Shown here piece by piece: positions 25,791 to 38,270 of a DNA stretch of 64,000 bases. The stretch is from assembly GCA_964016885.1 (NCBI GenBank), contig OZ024744.1, positions 98,766,001 through 98,830,000 on the forward strand, given 5' to 3'. The translations under genes and the position numbers were made by a program. The notes below the pieces were generated by a model. That model was not told the DNA's origin, did not search any database, and worked only from the letters and a program-made list of their open reading frames with translations. Source of the DNA: Eledone cirrhosa (taxonomy: Eukaryota). The number at the start of each line of letters is the position of its first letter. The stretch's first letter is position 1.

Positions 25791-26310
25791 ATATTTGGGG
25801 AGGGTCATATTTGCGTAATATTGCCAGAATTAATAACAGAACACACTCACTGTTTGGTTGGTTTTCGCTTCTCGCTGTCTTTTATATATATATATCTGCG
25901 ATCTAACTTACTCGGTCCTCAATGTTGCCATTGACTGACCAGCGGTCAAAAATAATACAGATACAATATAGACAAACACATATATATATAGTTTACATAA
26001 ATCTTTCGTTGCACATCTGCAACATCGTCAGTGGTGTTATATTCATTGTTCCTCCTGTTGTGTTGTATGTCTACGCCATTTTTTTTTTTTTTTGTTCAGT
26101 CTGTCTATATATTTATTTATTTATTTGCTTGTTTGTTTATCTTATTTTATTTTGTCTTCTTCGCGCATGCGTTTGCGTGTGTGTATAGTGTTATGTGTGA
26201 TGTGTGACTAGTGTGTATAGTGTTGTGTCTGCTGGGTGACTAGTGTGTGTTTATGTGCTTGTGTATGTATTTATTTATCTTATTTTATTTTATTTAATTT
26301 ACTTATTTAT

Positions 26311-29300
26311 TTATACTTCTCTTAGGTCAGTGTTGTTTGTTTGGGTGTTGTTGTTGTTCCATTCATTCTTTCTGTTTAGCTTTGGTCTTCTAATTTCTAT
26401 TTCACTGGCCTCTCTGATTTGCCTATCTGCTGGGTCATTCCTATGTTTAGATATTATTCTAATTTCTATGTTGTCTATGTTACCGTCATGATGTTGTCTA
26501 GCATGTTCGTATAGTACTGACCCGTTTTTTCGTCCTTTTAGTTCCCCCAGTGTTGGTCTATCCTTTCACCTATGCTACGAGCTGTCTCACCTATGTATGT
26601 TGTTGTCGTGTTTCTGCAAGTACCCTCTGTACATCTTATGCTATAGACTACGTTTCTAGTTTTACAGTTTATCCGGGGGTTCACCTTACATATGATACAT
26701 TTCCTATTGGTACAGTGGGTTTTCTTAAAAGGGTAGGTTTTGCTGATCAGGGATTTTATGGTGGTTCCTGGCTTTTCTACCACCTTTATTTTTAAGTGGG
26801 TCTTTCTCAGGGCCTTTCTACACTGGTTAGCTAATTTCCCTCCAGGGGTGGCGTCCACAAACATGACACTCTGATATCTCTGGTTGTCGTACCATGATGT
26901 GGCCTTCCCTATCTTATGTCTAGCCCTATCTAAGCTATTCCATGATTTGCTCCTGTATAGTGGGCAAATTCCTTTCATGTCCAGTTCTATGAGGGTCTTA
27001 TACTTTTCCATGGCTCCTTCGTATACTCTGACTCTGTCTCTTTGGTTGTAGCCAGAGAACTGCATGCGGTTGATGAAGTGTTGGATGTGTCCTTCCATTT
27101 CTGTTGGGTCGCACATGCTGGACACATTCTTCATCACTCGTACCAAATCTGCGATCAGAATATTAAACTTAGCACTACTGGACATTGCTGAGTTTTTGAG
27201 TATCAGGTATTTGGAGGCCATGGGTTTAGCATAGTGTGAGTGGAGAATTTGGGCTCTCTCGTCTATAGTGTTAATCCAGAGTTCTGTGTCTAATACAGGT
27301 AGTCTATTGTTAGGGTGTTTGGAAGGGAAGTCTATAGTTACAGTTATACTCTGGTGTATGGAATTAGCTATCTGCTGGATGCTTTCCATCGTGCTACGTT
27401 CTAAATCAAACTTGTTAGTGCTCTCTAGTGGGGGTGTTCTTATAACTATATTGATATCGTCTACATAACGAGAGTACATGATGAGGTCTATGGAGCTTTC
27501 ATTAAGGAGATCTTTAAGTCTCCTTTCCCACCATACCATGAAAAGGTTGGCAACATCGCCAGCTATGCTGACGCCGATGGCTGCTCCCTCATTTTGGGTG
27601 TAGATTTTCTCATTGAACTTAAATATGTGGCCCTTTAGGGTAGTTTTGATACTAGCCCCTATTGCATGTGCGACCATTTTTCTTACCTGATCAGTGTTTT
27701 GGGGGGTCCGTATAGCTTTGGTCCACCCAATCCACCTTCCTATGGGAGTCTTTTTAGCCATTGAGGTTATGGTGGGGGGTCTACCTCTTATAGGTCTACT
27801 CGGGCAGAGACATCTAAGGTCATGGCTGTCTAGGTAGTCAGTGTCGTAGGTAAGTCTAAGTAGGAGGCCCAGTTCGTCTGTGTCGACGTCGCAGAACTCC
27901 ACCTCACTCTCAATGATCATCTCCACACATCTTTTCACAGCAAAATCAATGTTAATGGATGGGTACAGTGACACCACATCCATGCTGCCTATTATGCAGT
28001 TGGATAGGCTCCTGTTTTTGTTGCACTCACTGATTCTGCTGAGGAGGTCCTCTGTACTTTCACATACATCTGGGGACATCTTGATTATGGGGCGTATAAC
28101 CATTGAGAGGAAGTAGGAGATCCTGTAGTTGCTAGCTATATTAGCTCCGCATACAGGTCTTGTTGGTGGTCCTGTTGTCGGGTCGTCGACTGTCTTGTGG
28201 TCTTTGCGGAGCCCATACAAGGGTGGTATGCCATTGTTAGACGCCTGGAAGTTGTTGGCAGTGCGTCTGCTTGGCTTTAGGATGTCAGTCCACATCATCA
28301 TGTGAGCGTTGAGGATTTTTTCTCTCCCATCGTGTGTTAGTTGTGCAACTTCGCTCGTGTTGGTGATGTGGGGTTGCATTGCCTCGATGTAGTTCGGCAT
28401 GCTATCTATTGACATCCTACCAGACTTATCTGTGGGTAGACACACTACCTCACCATCCCTTGTGCGCTGCTTGAGGCTAACCAAGCCTTCTACAGGTTTT
28501 ATCCCAAGTTGTTGGGCCTCTGGTCTGCTCTGTCTCATAGTGTACCTGTCTACTACTTGTCTAATCTTATTTCTAGCTATGGTGAACTGTGCCTCCGTCT
28601 CGTCATCTATTTGTTGTGGTATGCAAACTCTTTTATTAAAGGGTAACCTCGTAGGATAGATATTACCCATCTTATATGTTTTGTCAGCTGGGTTGAAAAA
28701 TAGTTTCTCTAAGGGGTTGTCGTTATTTCTATCGTCATAGTTGTGTGTGTTGCTATTATTATTATCATGGTGGTTGTTGTTGTTTCTATCATTAGCATTA
28801 ATATTATTATTGTTATGATTGCTAGATGTATTGTTGTTTACTTCACCGTTATTGTTGTTGTTGTTACTGCTATTTCTACCATTGTGGTTGTTACTATTAT
28901 TATGTTTCTTGTTTTTGTTGATGTTGCTACATGTACTATTTCCATTATTACCACTGTGGTTGTTGTTGTTGTTCGTATTGTTACCGTTATTACTACTGTG
29001 GTCACTGTTGCTGTGTCTGTGGTTAACGTTTCTATTATTATTATTATTGTGGTTGTTGTTGTTCTGTCTATCGCTAGTATTATTACCATTATCACTATTT
29101 CTCACTTTCCTGCCATTGTTATGGTTATGGCTGTTATTTCTATACCCAGAGTTATTGTTTATATTATTACTACCGTTATTATTGTTGTTGTTGTTTACCT
29201 TTGCATTCCAACGTATTTTTGTGAAACACTTTTCCAGTTCCGTTTTGCATTCCATAGGGTTAATCTTTTTGTAGATGGCAAATTTTGGTGGTAACTTTAG

Positions 29301-29936
29301 GATTTGTTGTTCTTGTTCACTGATTAAAGTGTTCCCATAGATATTTACTGTGTGGTCATTGGTAAATTCTTCCGGTAGTTTTACATCACTCATACGGATG
29401 TTGTCGATGTTATCTGGGTATTTTTGAGAATATTCGATTTTCCTTTCTTGTAGTTTTTTCTTATTCATCCATTCTAATTTCTTCTTGAAATGCCTACAGC
29501 ATTCGTTTTGAGCATATTTCGTTTCGCGTCGGATGACGCTCATGAAGTCATCTCTCTCGTTTACTGTGATGAGATTTCGGATTTCCTTACCGTTGATGCG
29601 TTTTTGTCTGTAGAGTGCGTTGACTTTTGTGTATGTTGTTCTTTTCATATTAACTGTTATTGTGTGTTTTAGCCGTTCAGCTTGTGTTTTGTTCAATAAT
29701 AAATTATTTACTTGTTTTGATATGTTTGTTGTGTATGTTTTGGAGGAAACACAGTGTTTTAAGAAGCGGATTTGTTCTGTTGTTATTGTAGTTTTTATAT
29801 AACAGAAAACAGTGTCTTTCAATAACCTTTCAGCTTGGCACAAGCTAATGCCATAGCGGCGATGAATTAGTTTTGCGAGGTTTTTTATATGAAATCGTGT
29901 GTCGAAACAGATATTGTTATATTTGGGGAGGGTCAT
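26311..29936 (-). CDS. PLE-1 polyprotein: Asn-rich N-terminus + RT + Zn linker + GIY-YIG endonuclease; a 1-bp deletion near 26545 truncates the ORF at 26538
   Basis: TDKSG, DVVSLYPSI, GAAIG, RYVDD, NVVY...YIGET motifs; the tandem copy shows the uninterrupted C-terminus. Confidence 0.9.
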
Positions 29937-30445
29937 ATTTGCGTAATATTGCCAGAATTAATAACAGAACACACTCACTGTTTGGTTGGTTTTCGCTTCT
30001 CGCTGTCTTTTATATATATATATCTGCGATCTAACTTACTCGGTCCTCAATGTTGCCATTGACTGACCGGCGGTCAAAAATAATACAGATACAATATAGA
30101 CAAACACATATATATATAGTTTACATAAATCTTTCGTTGCACATCTGCAACATCGTCAGTGGTGTTATATTCATTGTTCCTCCTGTTGTGTTGTATGTCT
30201 ACGCCATTTTTTTTTTTTTTTTTTTTTTGTTCAGTCTGTCTATATATTTATTTATTTATTTGCTTGTTTGTTTATCTTATTTTATTTTGTCTTCTTTGCG
30301 CATGCGTTTGCGTGTGTGTATAGTGTTATGTGTGATGTGTGACTAGTGTGTATAGTGTTGTGTCTGCTGGGTGACTAGTGTGTGTTTATGTGCTTGTGTA
30401 TGTATTTATTTATCTTATTTTATTTAATTTAATTTACTTATTTAT

Positions 30446-32503
30446 TTATACTTCTCTTAGGTCAGTGTTGTTTGTTTGGGTGTTGTTGTTGTTCCACTCA
30501 TTCTTTCTGTTTAGCTTTGGTCTTCTAATTTCTATTTCACTGGCCTCTCTGATTTGCCTATCTGCTGGGTCATTCCTATGTTTAGATATTATTCTAATTT
30601 CTATGTTGTCTATGTTACCGTCATGATGTTGTCTAGCATGTTCGTATAGTACTGACCCGTTTTTTCGTCCTTTTAGTTCTCCCCAGTGTTGGTCTATCCT
30701 TTCACCTATGCTACGAGCTGTCTCACCTATGTATGTTGTTGTCGTGTTTCTGCAAGTACCCTCTGTACATCTTATGCTATAGACTACGTTTCTAGTTTTA
30801 CAGTTTATCCGGGGGTTCACCTTACATATGATACATTTCCTATTGGTACAGTGGGTTTTCTTAAAAGGGTAGGTTTTGCTGATCAGGGATTTTATGGTGG
30901 TTCCTGGCTTTTCTACCACCTTTATTTTTAAGTGGGTCTTTCTCAGGGCCTTTCTACACTGGTTAGCTAATTTCCCTCCAGGGGTGGCGTCCACAAACAT
31001 GACACTCTGATATCTCTGGTTGTCGTACCATGATGTGGCCTTCCCTATCTTATGTCTAGCCCTATCTAAGCTATTCCATGATTTGCTCCTGTATAGTGGG
31101 CAAATTCCTTTCATGTCCAGTTCTATGAGGGTCTTATACTTTTCCATGGCTCCTTCGTATACTCTGACTCTGTCTCTTTGGTTGTAGCCAGAGAACTGCA
31201 TGCGGTTGATGAAGTGTTGGATGTGTCCTTCCATTTCTGTTGGGTCGCACATGCTGGACACATTCTTCATCACTCGTACCAAATCTGCGATCAGAATATT
31301 AAACTTAGCACTACTGGACATTGCTGAGTTTTTGAGTATCAGGTATTTGGAGGCCATGGGTTTAGCATAGTGTGAGTGGAGAATTTGGGCTCTCTCGTCT
31401 ATAGTGTTAATCCAGAGTTCTGTGTCTAATACAGGTAGTCTATTGTTAGGGTGTTTGGAAGGGAAGTCTATAGTTACAGTTATACTCTGGTGTATGGAAT
31501 TAGCTATCTGCTGGATGCTTTCCATCGTGCTACGTTCTAAATCAAACTTGTTAGTGCTCTCTAGTGGGGGTGTTCTTATAACTATATTGATATCGTCTAC
31601 ATAACGAGAGTACATGATGAGGTCTATGGAGCTTTCATTAAGGAGATCTTTAAGTCTCCTTTCCCACCATACCATGAAAAGGTTGGCAACATCGCCAGCT
31701 ATGCTGACGCCGATGGCTGCTCCCTCATTTTGGGTGTAGATTTTCTCATTGAACTTAAATATGTGGCCCTTTAGGGTAGTTTTGATACTAGCCCCTATTG
31801 CATGTGCGACCATTTTTTTTACCTGATCAGTGTTTTGGGGGGTCCGTATAGCTTTGGTCCACCCAATCCACCTTCCTATGGGAGTCTTTTTAGCCATTGA
31901 GGTTATGGTGGGGGGTCTACCTCTTATAGGTCTACTCGGGCAGAGACATCTAAGGTCATGGCTGTCTAGGTAGTCAGTGTCGTAGGTAAGTCTAAGTAGG
32001 AGGCCCAGTTCGTCTGTGTCGACGTCGCAGAACTCCACCTCACTCTCAATGATCATCTCCACACATCTTTTCACAGCAAAATCAATGTTAATGGATGGGT
32101 ACAGTGACACCACATCCATGCTGCCTATTATGCAGTTGGATAGGCTCCTGTTTTTGTTGCACTCACTGATTCTGCTGAGGAGGTCCTCTGTACTTTCACA
32201 TACATCTGGGGACATCTTGATTATGGGGCGTATAACCATTGAGAGGAAGTAGGAGATCCTGTAGTTGCTAGCTATATTAGCTCCGCATACAGGTCTTGTT
32301 GGTGGTCCTGTTGTCGGGTCGTCGACTGTCTTGTGGTCTTTGCGGAGCCCATACAAGGGTGGTATGCCATTGTTAGACGCCTGGAAGTTGTTGGCAGTGC
32401 GTCTGCTTGGCTTTAGGATGTCAGTCCACATCATCATGTGAGCGTTGAGGATTTTTTCTCTCCCATCGTGTGTTAGTTGTGCAACTTCGCTCGTGTTGGT
32501 GAT
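30446..32503 (-). pseudogene. PLE-1 5'-truncated tandem copy (RT + complete GIY-YIG)
   Basis: 689-aa ORF essentially identical to the C-terminal part of the full-length copy. Confidence 0.9.
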
Positions 32504-33072
32504 CTGTTTCGACACACGATTTCATATAAAAAACCTCGCAAAACTAATTCATCGCCGCTATATATATATATATATATATATATAAATATAGTTGAAAAGG
32601 AAAGAAAGGTTCTATACAAAACAGTGGTTATAGAGAAAAGGTGAAATTGGAAATAGCACGGAAAATATATTTAAGGGCCTGTTTTTATTTTTTTTCCTTT
32701 CTTTGATTCATCAAAGTGACATTATTGAAAAAATGAGAGGCACAATTCTTTTAAAAAAGAGTTTTATAATGTATATAAAGTATATCAAGTATTACCGGTT
32801 TCGATGTATTAGTAAAATCCATATTATCAAATGTTGAGTATTACAATTAAAAAGAATTAATAAGAATTAAAATCTAAAAATTAAAGATTTAAAATTGTTT
32901 TTTTTCCAGTGTCTTTCTCAACAAGGAAGATGAAAAAAACTTACCTCAACACTTAATTTTAAATCTTTAATTTTTAGTTTTTAATTCTTATTAATTCTTT
33001 TTAATTGTATTACACAACATTTGATAAGATGAATTTTACTTAATATATCAAAACCGGTTATACTTTATATAC

Positions 33073-34966
33073 TTTCCGAAGGACTGGCGTAGTAGCATCA
33101 TCATTAACTGTTACAAGGGTAAAGGAGATGCCCTAGATAGGAGTAACTATAGAGGCATTAAATTAATCGACCAGGTCATGAAGGTCACGGAAAAAGTAAT
33201 AGCGCAACTAATCAGAGAGAGAATTGATCTAGATGAAATGCAGTTCGGGTTTGTGTCAGGCAAAAGTACCACAGACGCTCTTTTCATTGTACGACAACTA
33301 CAGGAGAAGTACCTAGCTAAAAGTAAACCCCTATACTTAGCTTTTGTTGACTTGGAGAAAGCCTTCAACAGAGTCCCCCATTCCATTATCCGGTGGGCTC
33401 TTAGAAAACTAGGTGTTGACGAATGGCTTGTGAGAGCTATACAAGCCATGTATAAAGAAACAGTCAGCAAGGTTAGAATTAACAACGAATATAGTGAAGA
33501 GTTTAGTGTAAAAGTTGGTGTTCATCAGGGCTCTGTTCTTAGCCCCCTACTATTTATTATTGCCCTTCAGGCTATAACAGTGGAGTTCAAGACCGGCTGC
33601 CCATGGGAACACCTATACGCAGATGATCTAACGCTCATAGCTGAATCAATGGCCGAGCTAGAGAAGAAATTCCAAACATGGAAGGACGGCCTAGAATCAA
33701 AAGGCCTTAAAATTACCTGGCTAAGACTAAAGTTCTAGTTTGTAGGAAAGAAAATAAGGCGCCGGTCCCTTCCGGGAAATGGCCATGCTCAGTGTGTAGG
33801 AAAGGCGTAGGTAGAAACTCCATTTTATGTCCCAAATGCAAAGTATGGGTGCATAAAAGATGTAGTGGGATCACAGGTAAGCTAACTAAGAACATAGATT
33901 TTACATGTGGCCAGTGCTCTGGTGCAATAAGTAGCAGCAAGTGCCCACAAAATACTAGCTCTTTCAATTGCGCAGAGGGTTCTATAGAAATAGTGGACAG
34001 CTTCCGTTACCTGGGTGACAAAATCAGCAGTGGGGGAGGGTGCTCTGAAAGTACAGTAGCTAGAGTCAGAACTGGATGGAAAAAGTTCAGAGAGCTTATA
34101 CCACTATTAGCCGCTAAAGGGTTCTCCCTAAAAATGAAAGGCAGGTTGTATGATGCCTGCATACGAACAGCAATGTTGCATGGCAGTGAGACCTGGGCAT
34201 TGTGTACAGAGGATATACGCAGACTAGAGAGGAACGAAGCTTGCATGCTCCGCTGGATGTGTAATAGTAATATACGTGAACGGCAAAGCATAAACGAACT
34301 AAGGGAAAAATAAAGAAATAAGAGGGATCAGATATTGTTTACTCGAGAGAAGGCTACGTTGGTATGGTCACGTGATGCGCATGAAAAACGACAGCTGTAT
34401 AAAAAAGTGCAGGGTAATAAAGATAGACGGTAGCCACGGAGTAGGCAGACCCAGAAAAACCTGGGATGACCTGATAAATTCCGACCTCACACACTTACAC
34501 CTCTCCAAGACAATGTCACTCGACCGAGACCTTTGGCCGTACTCAGTAATAGAGAAGACCCGCCTTACCTAAATACAAAGTAAAACCTACTACAGTCAGT
34601 AGGCATCTCTAACAAAATACGCCCCCGTCACACCACCCCCACCCCATCCACACCGCCCCTTTCAATGTAAAGTTACGTTGGTGCCACAACATCCAGGCCG
34701 AAACAAATGAGATCGTGTAGGTGTCACGACAAAAAAAACACACAGTCCACGCTGTAATGTGGCCGTGTAGGCAACACGGTAAAAGCCTCCCAAGCCCCAC
34801 ACTGTAAATGTGGTTGGTGTTAGGAAGGGCATCCAGCTGTAGAAAACCCGCCAGACAGTCCTATGCGAGCAAGACAACCACTCTTGCCTCAAGTGGGAAA
34901 ACTCCCGTCCAAACCCATGCAAGCGTGGAACATGGATGTTAAACGATGATGATGATGATGATGATG
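33073..34966 (+). mobile_element. 5'-truncated RTE LINE with 13-bp TSD
   Basis: FVDLEKAF, GVHQGSVLSPLLF and YADD motifs; (GAT)n tail; TSD ATACTTTATATAC at 33060-33072 and 34967-34979. Confidence 0.95.
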
Positions 34967-35127
34967 ATACTTTATATACCTTATATACATTATAAAACAC
35001 CTTTTTAAAAGAATTGTTCCCCTCATTTTTTCAATAATGTCACTTTGACAAATCAAAGGAAAAAAAAGAAAAACAGACCCTTAAATATATTTTCCATGCT
35101 ATTTCCAATTTCACCTTTTCCCTATAA

Positions 35128-37111
35128 TTGAAGAAAAACCAATTTATATGCCAGGAATACCTTAAAGGCCTCAAGAATAATATAGACAATCTTGAAAAAA
35201 CTAAGAAGATCCTCATAAAATCTGATAAAACTAATAATTTATACGGAATGGAAAAGGACGAATATAATAATCTTATATTGAAAGAACTCAGAAAAAACTA
35301 CAAAATAACAAATGAAGATCTTTCAACATTAAATAGAGAAGCTTCTGAAATAATTCATAAATTAGGCATCCAAAATAGGACTGAACCCTTTATACCTAGA
35401 AAACTGAAAATTAACCTGAAAGACCACAAAAAAAATTTTGAAATAGAATTAGCAGTCAGACTTATAGCACCATCTAAATCCGACTTGGGTATAATTAGAA
35501 AACATATATTAGATAGAATTACACCACAACTTAAAGAAAAATCACACCTGAAACTATGGCACGGTACTAACAAAGTTATAGATTGGTTCAATAACATAAA
35601 ATTTAAACAACAAAAAATTCATTCAAATGGATATTGCAAATTACTACTCTTCTATTACTCCTAGTTTACTTAATAAGACTCTTATCTATGCATCTAAACA
35701 TATAGACCTATCTAGTGATGAAATGAATATAATTCTAACTGCACGGAAAACATTAATAGAATTCAATAATCATCTCTGGACAAGAGCCGATAGAAAAAAT
35801 AATTTTGATATCACTATGGGATCATCTGACTCAGCACAAATAATGGATCTTGTGGGCTTATTTAATAATAATACACTGCATAGGAAAATGCCAGAGATGA
35901 CCGGTGGTTTATATCATGATGATATGTTGCTTTTAATTGAAAATCATAGTAATTGCGAAATTAATAGGAAAAGGAAATCCATAATACAATTCTTCAATAA
36001 CTACAACCTTAAGTTAGAAATAGAGAATAACTATAAAATTGTTAACTTCTTAGACGTAACCTTAAACCTTAGCACAGGTCTTTACTATCCTTTCCATAAA
36101 ATGAACGAAAATCTAAATTACGTAAGTTTTAACTCTAATCATCCTAGATATATTAAGAACATTATTGTCAATAGCGTCCAACAACGGATTTTACGTATCT
36201 CTGGTAATAAAAATATTTTTGATGCTAAGGCTGAATATTTTAATGAAGCTTTAAATAGAGCAGGATATTCGAATAAAATTAAATACGTTGACAACAATAA
36301 CATGGCAAATCACCCTAGTATAAATTATAATAATAATAAACAATTTAACTTAAACACTAAACCAAACAAAAGAACTAGAACTAGAAATATTGAAATATTA
36401 TTTGGTACTCCCCCCATTCTCTTTAAGCGTTAAAACACCTTTAGCTAAGCTATTCTTTAAAGCACTAGACAAATGTTTTTCTAAAGCCCACAGATACCAC
36501 TCAATCTTTAACAGACATACTATAAAACTATCCTACTCTACTACTATGAACATAGCACAAAATATAAATAGAATTAATAATAGAAACTTAAATTTAAACC
36601 CTAACCCAAATAACCATAATAGCAATAATAATATTTTTAGCAATATCCAGTATAATAGTACCATTCCGAGCAACAACAACTCCGTAAAATGTAACTGTAG
36701 AATCAAACTGCCCTTTACAAAATAAGTGTTTAGATAAAAATGTAGTCTATAAATGCATAGTTAAAACTAGAGATAATATATTTAACTATGTCAGTGCCAC
36801 TTCTACAGAATTTAAACAACGCTGGAATAACCATAATCATTCTTTCAGAAGATCTGATAAAAAATCTTCTACTTCTCTTTCACATCTTATATGGAACTTA
36901 AAAAGCAAGAATATAGACTATTCAATATCTTGGAAAACGATTTCGAGCACCGGCGTACCGAAATATGGCTTTATCAAAATTCTGTAAATTCTGTATCGAA
37001 GAAATTTTTTATATAATTAACTGTCAAAACTCTATTAATCTCAGAACAGAATTATTTTCTTCTTGCAGACATCGCCAACATTCTATGTTCAGAACTATGT
37101 TTAATTTATAA
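35128..37111 (+). pseudogene. PLE-2 RT-GIY-YIG ORF, frameshifted
   Basis: Successive ORFs 35128..35664, 35627..36433 and 36390..36725 plus a downstream endonuclease remnant. Confidence 0.85.
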
Positions 37112-38210
37112 TATTCCTATAAATCTTCAAAATGATCCTATCTTCTTTAACAATTTAAATTTTTAATATATATATATATATATTTATTTTAATTTTAATT
37201 TTATTTTAATATATATATATATTTATTTTTATATATATATATGTATAGATATTTATATATATTTATGTATATCTATATAATCTTAATTTTAATTTTTTAA
37301 TTCTTTAATTCTTACAATATATTTTTTAATTCTTTAATTCTTACATTATATTTTTTAATTCTTTAATTCTTACATTATATTTTTCCAATGACACCCTCTA
37401 AAACTATTTTTAAATGTAGATTAATAACCATTAACTGACATTAGAAAAATATATCCTATTCAAGTTGATTTTTAAACATTCACACTTCTTTCGACTAAAT
37501 ATTTAATTAATGTCACACTAACTCTAAAAATTTATCGATTAACAAACAAAATTGGAGTTATCTTTCCTTTCTCAATCATATAAACTTATTACATTATTAT
37601 ATACGTAACTCCGTTAAATTAAATTAAAACATTCTCAAAGCCGAACAAGATATTCAAATATATAAATCCTATTTACATAAAATACAAAATCAACATGCCC
37701 CGTAACTCATATTATAAATAACCACCTAAAACTTGAACTACCTATTTATTTATTTATCTACATAAAACACAAAATCAACATCCCTCGTAACTCAAATTGC
37801 AAATTATCTCTTTAATAATAATACATATGCTATTATTAAAATATATATAGATATTTATATATTTAACCCACTACAATATTGTAATAAGATAAATATTTAC
37901 AAACATAATTCTCCATATAAATATATACATAATATAGGTAAATATTCAAATTTTTTTCCCAAAAATTAACGTATATAAATGGTCTTCTTTTTCCTTTTTC
38001 TTTCTTTTTCTCCTACTAATATATCTAAACTTTCCATAGCGTTTAAAATAACGTTTCTCCATCATATAACTCAACCTCATTTACATATTCATTTGCATAC
38101 TCATCCTATCAATTTTGAAAAATCCATTCTTTAAATTCACTATCCAAGGAAAATTCAACTGATAAGGTATGTTTCCTTGACTATGTCAAAATTTATAAAA
38201 CACATTTTGT

Positions 38211-38270
38211 ATTTTATCTGATGAAAGCGTACCAAAGTTTTTGGTACCCTTGAAATATATATAATAGAAT
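38211..38270 (+). ncRNA. Type I hammerhead ribozyme motif in the PLE-2 3' end
   Basis: ATTTTAT CTGATGA AAGCGTACCAAA gtt TTTGGTACCCTT GAAA TATATA TA ATAGAAT; 7-bp stem I, long stem II, palindromic stem III. Confidence 0.85.

Larger units (their letters stand above)
25786..32560 (-). mobile_element. Penelope-like element PLE-1: inverted 5' stub + 5'-truncated copy + full-length copy in tandem, inserted in (TA)n
   Basis: ~2.6-kb near-identical direct repeat; 32504-32560 is the reverse complement of about 29853-29909; (TA)n on both flanks. Confidence 0.93.

Noticed and set aside
28743-29294. Hydrophobic Leu/Val/Ile membrane-like ORFs
   Set aside because: Antisense shadows of the AAC/AAT-rich Asn tract of PLE-1
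29855-29925. Antisense hammerhead at the PLE-1 ORF start (gcGATGA...GTCGAAACAGATATTGTT)
   Set aside because: Core is not CUGANGA, no stem I forms, and the PLE-3 equivalent reads CTGAAAA
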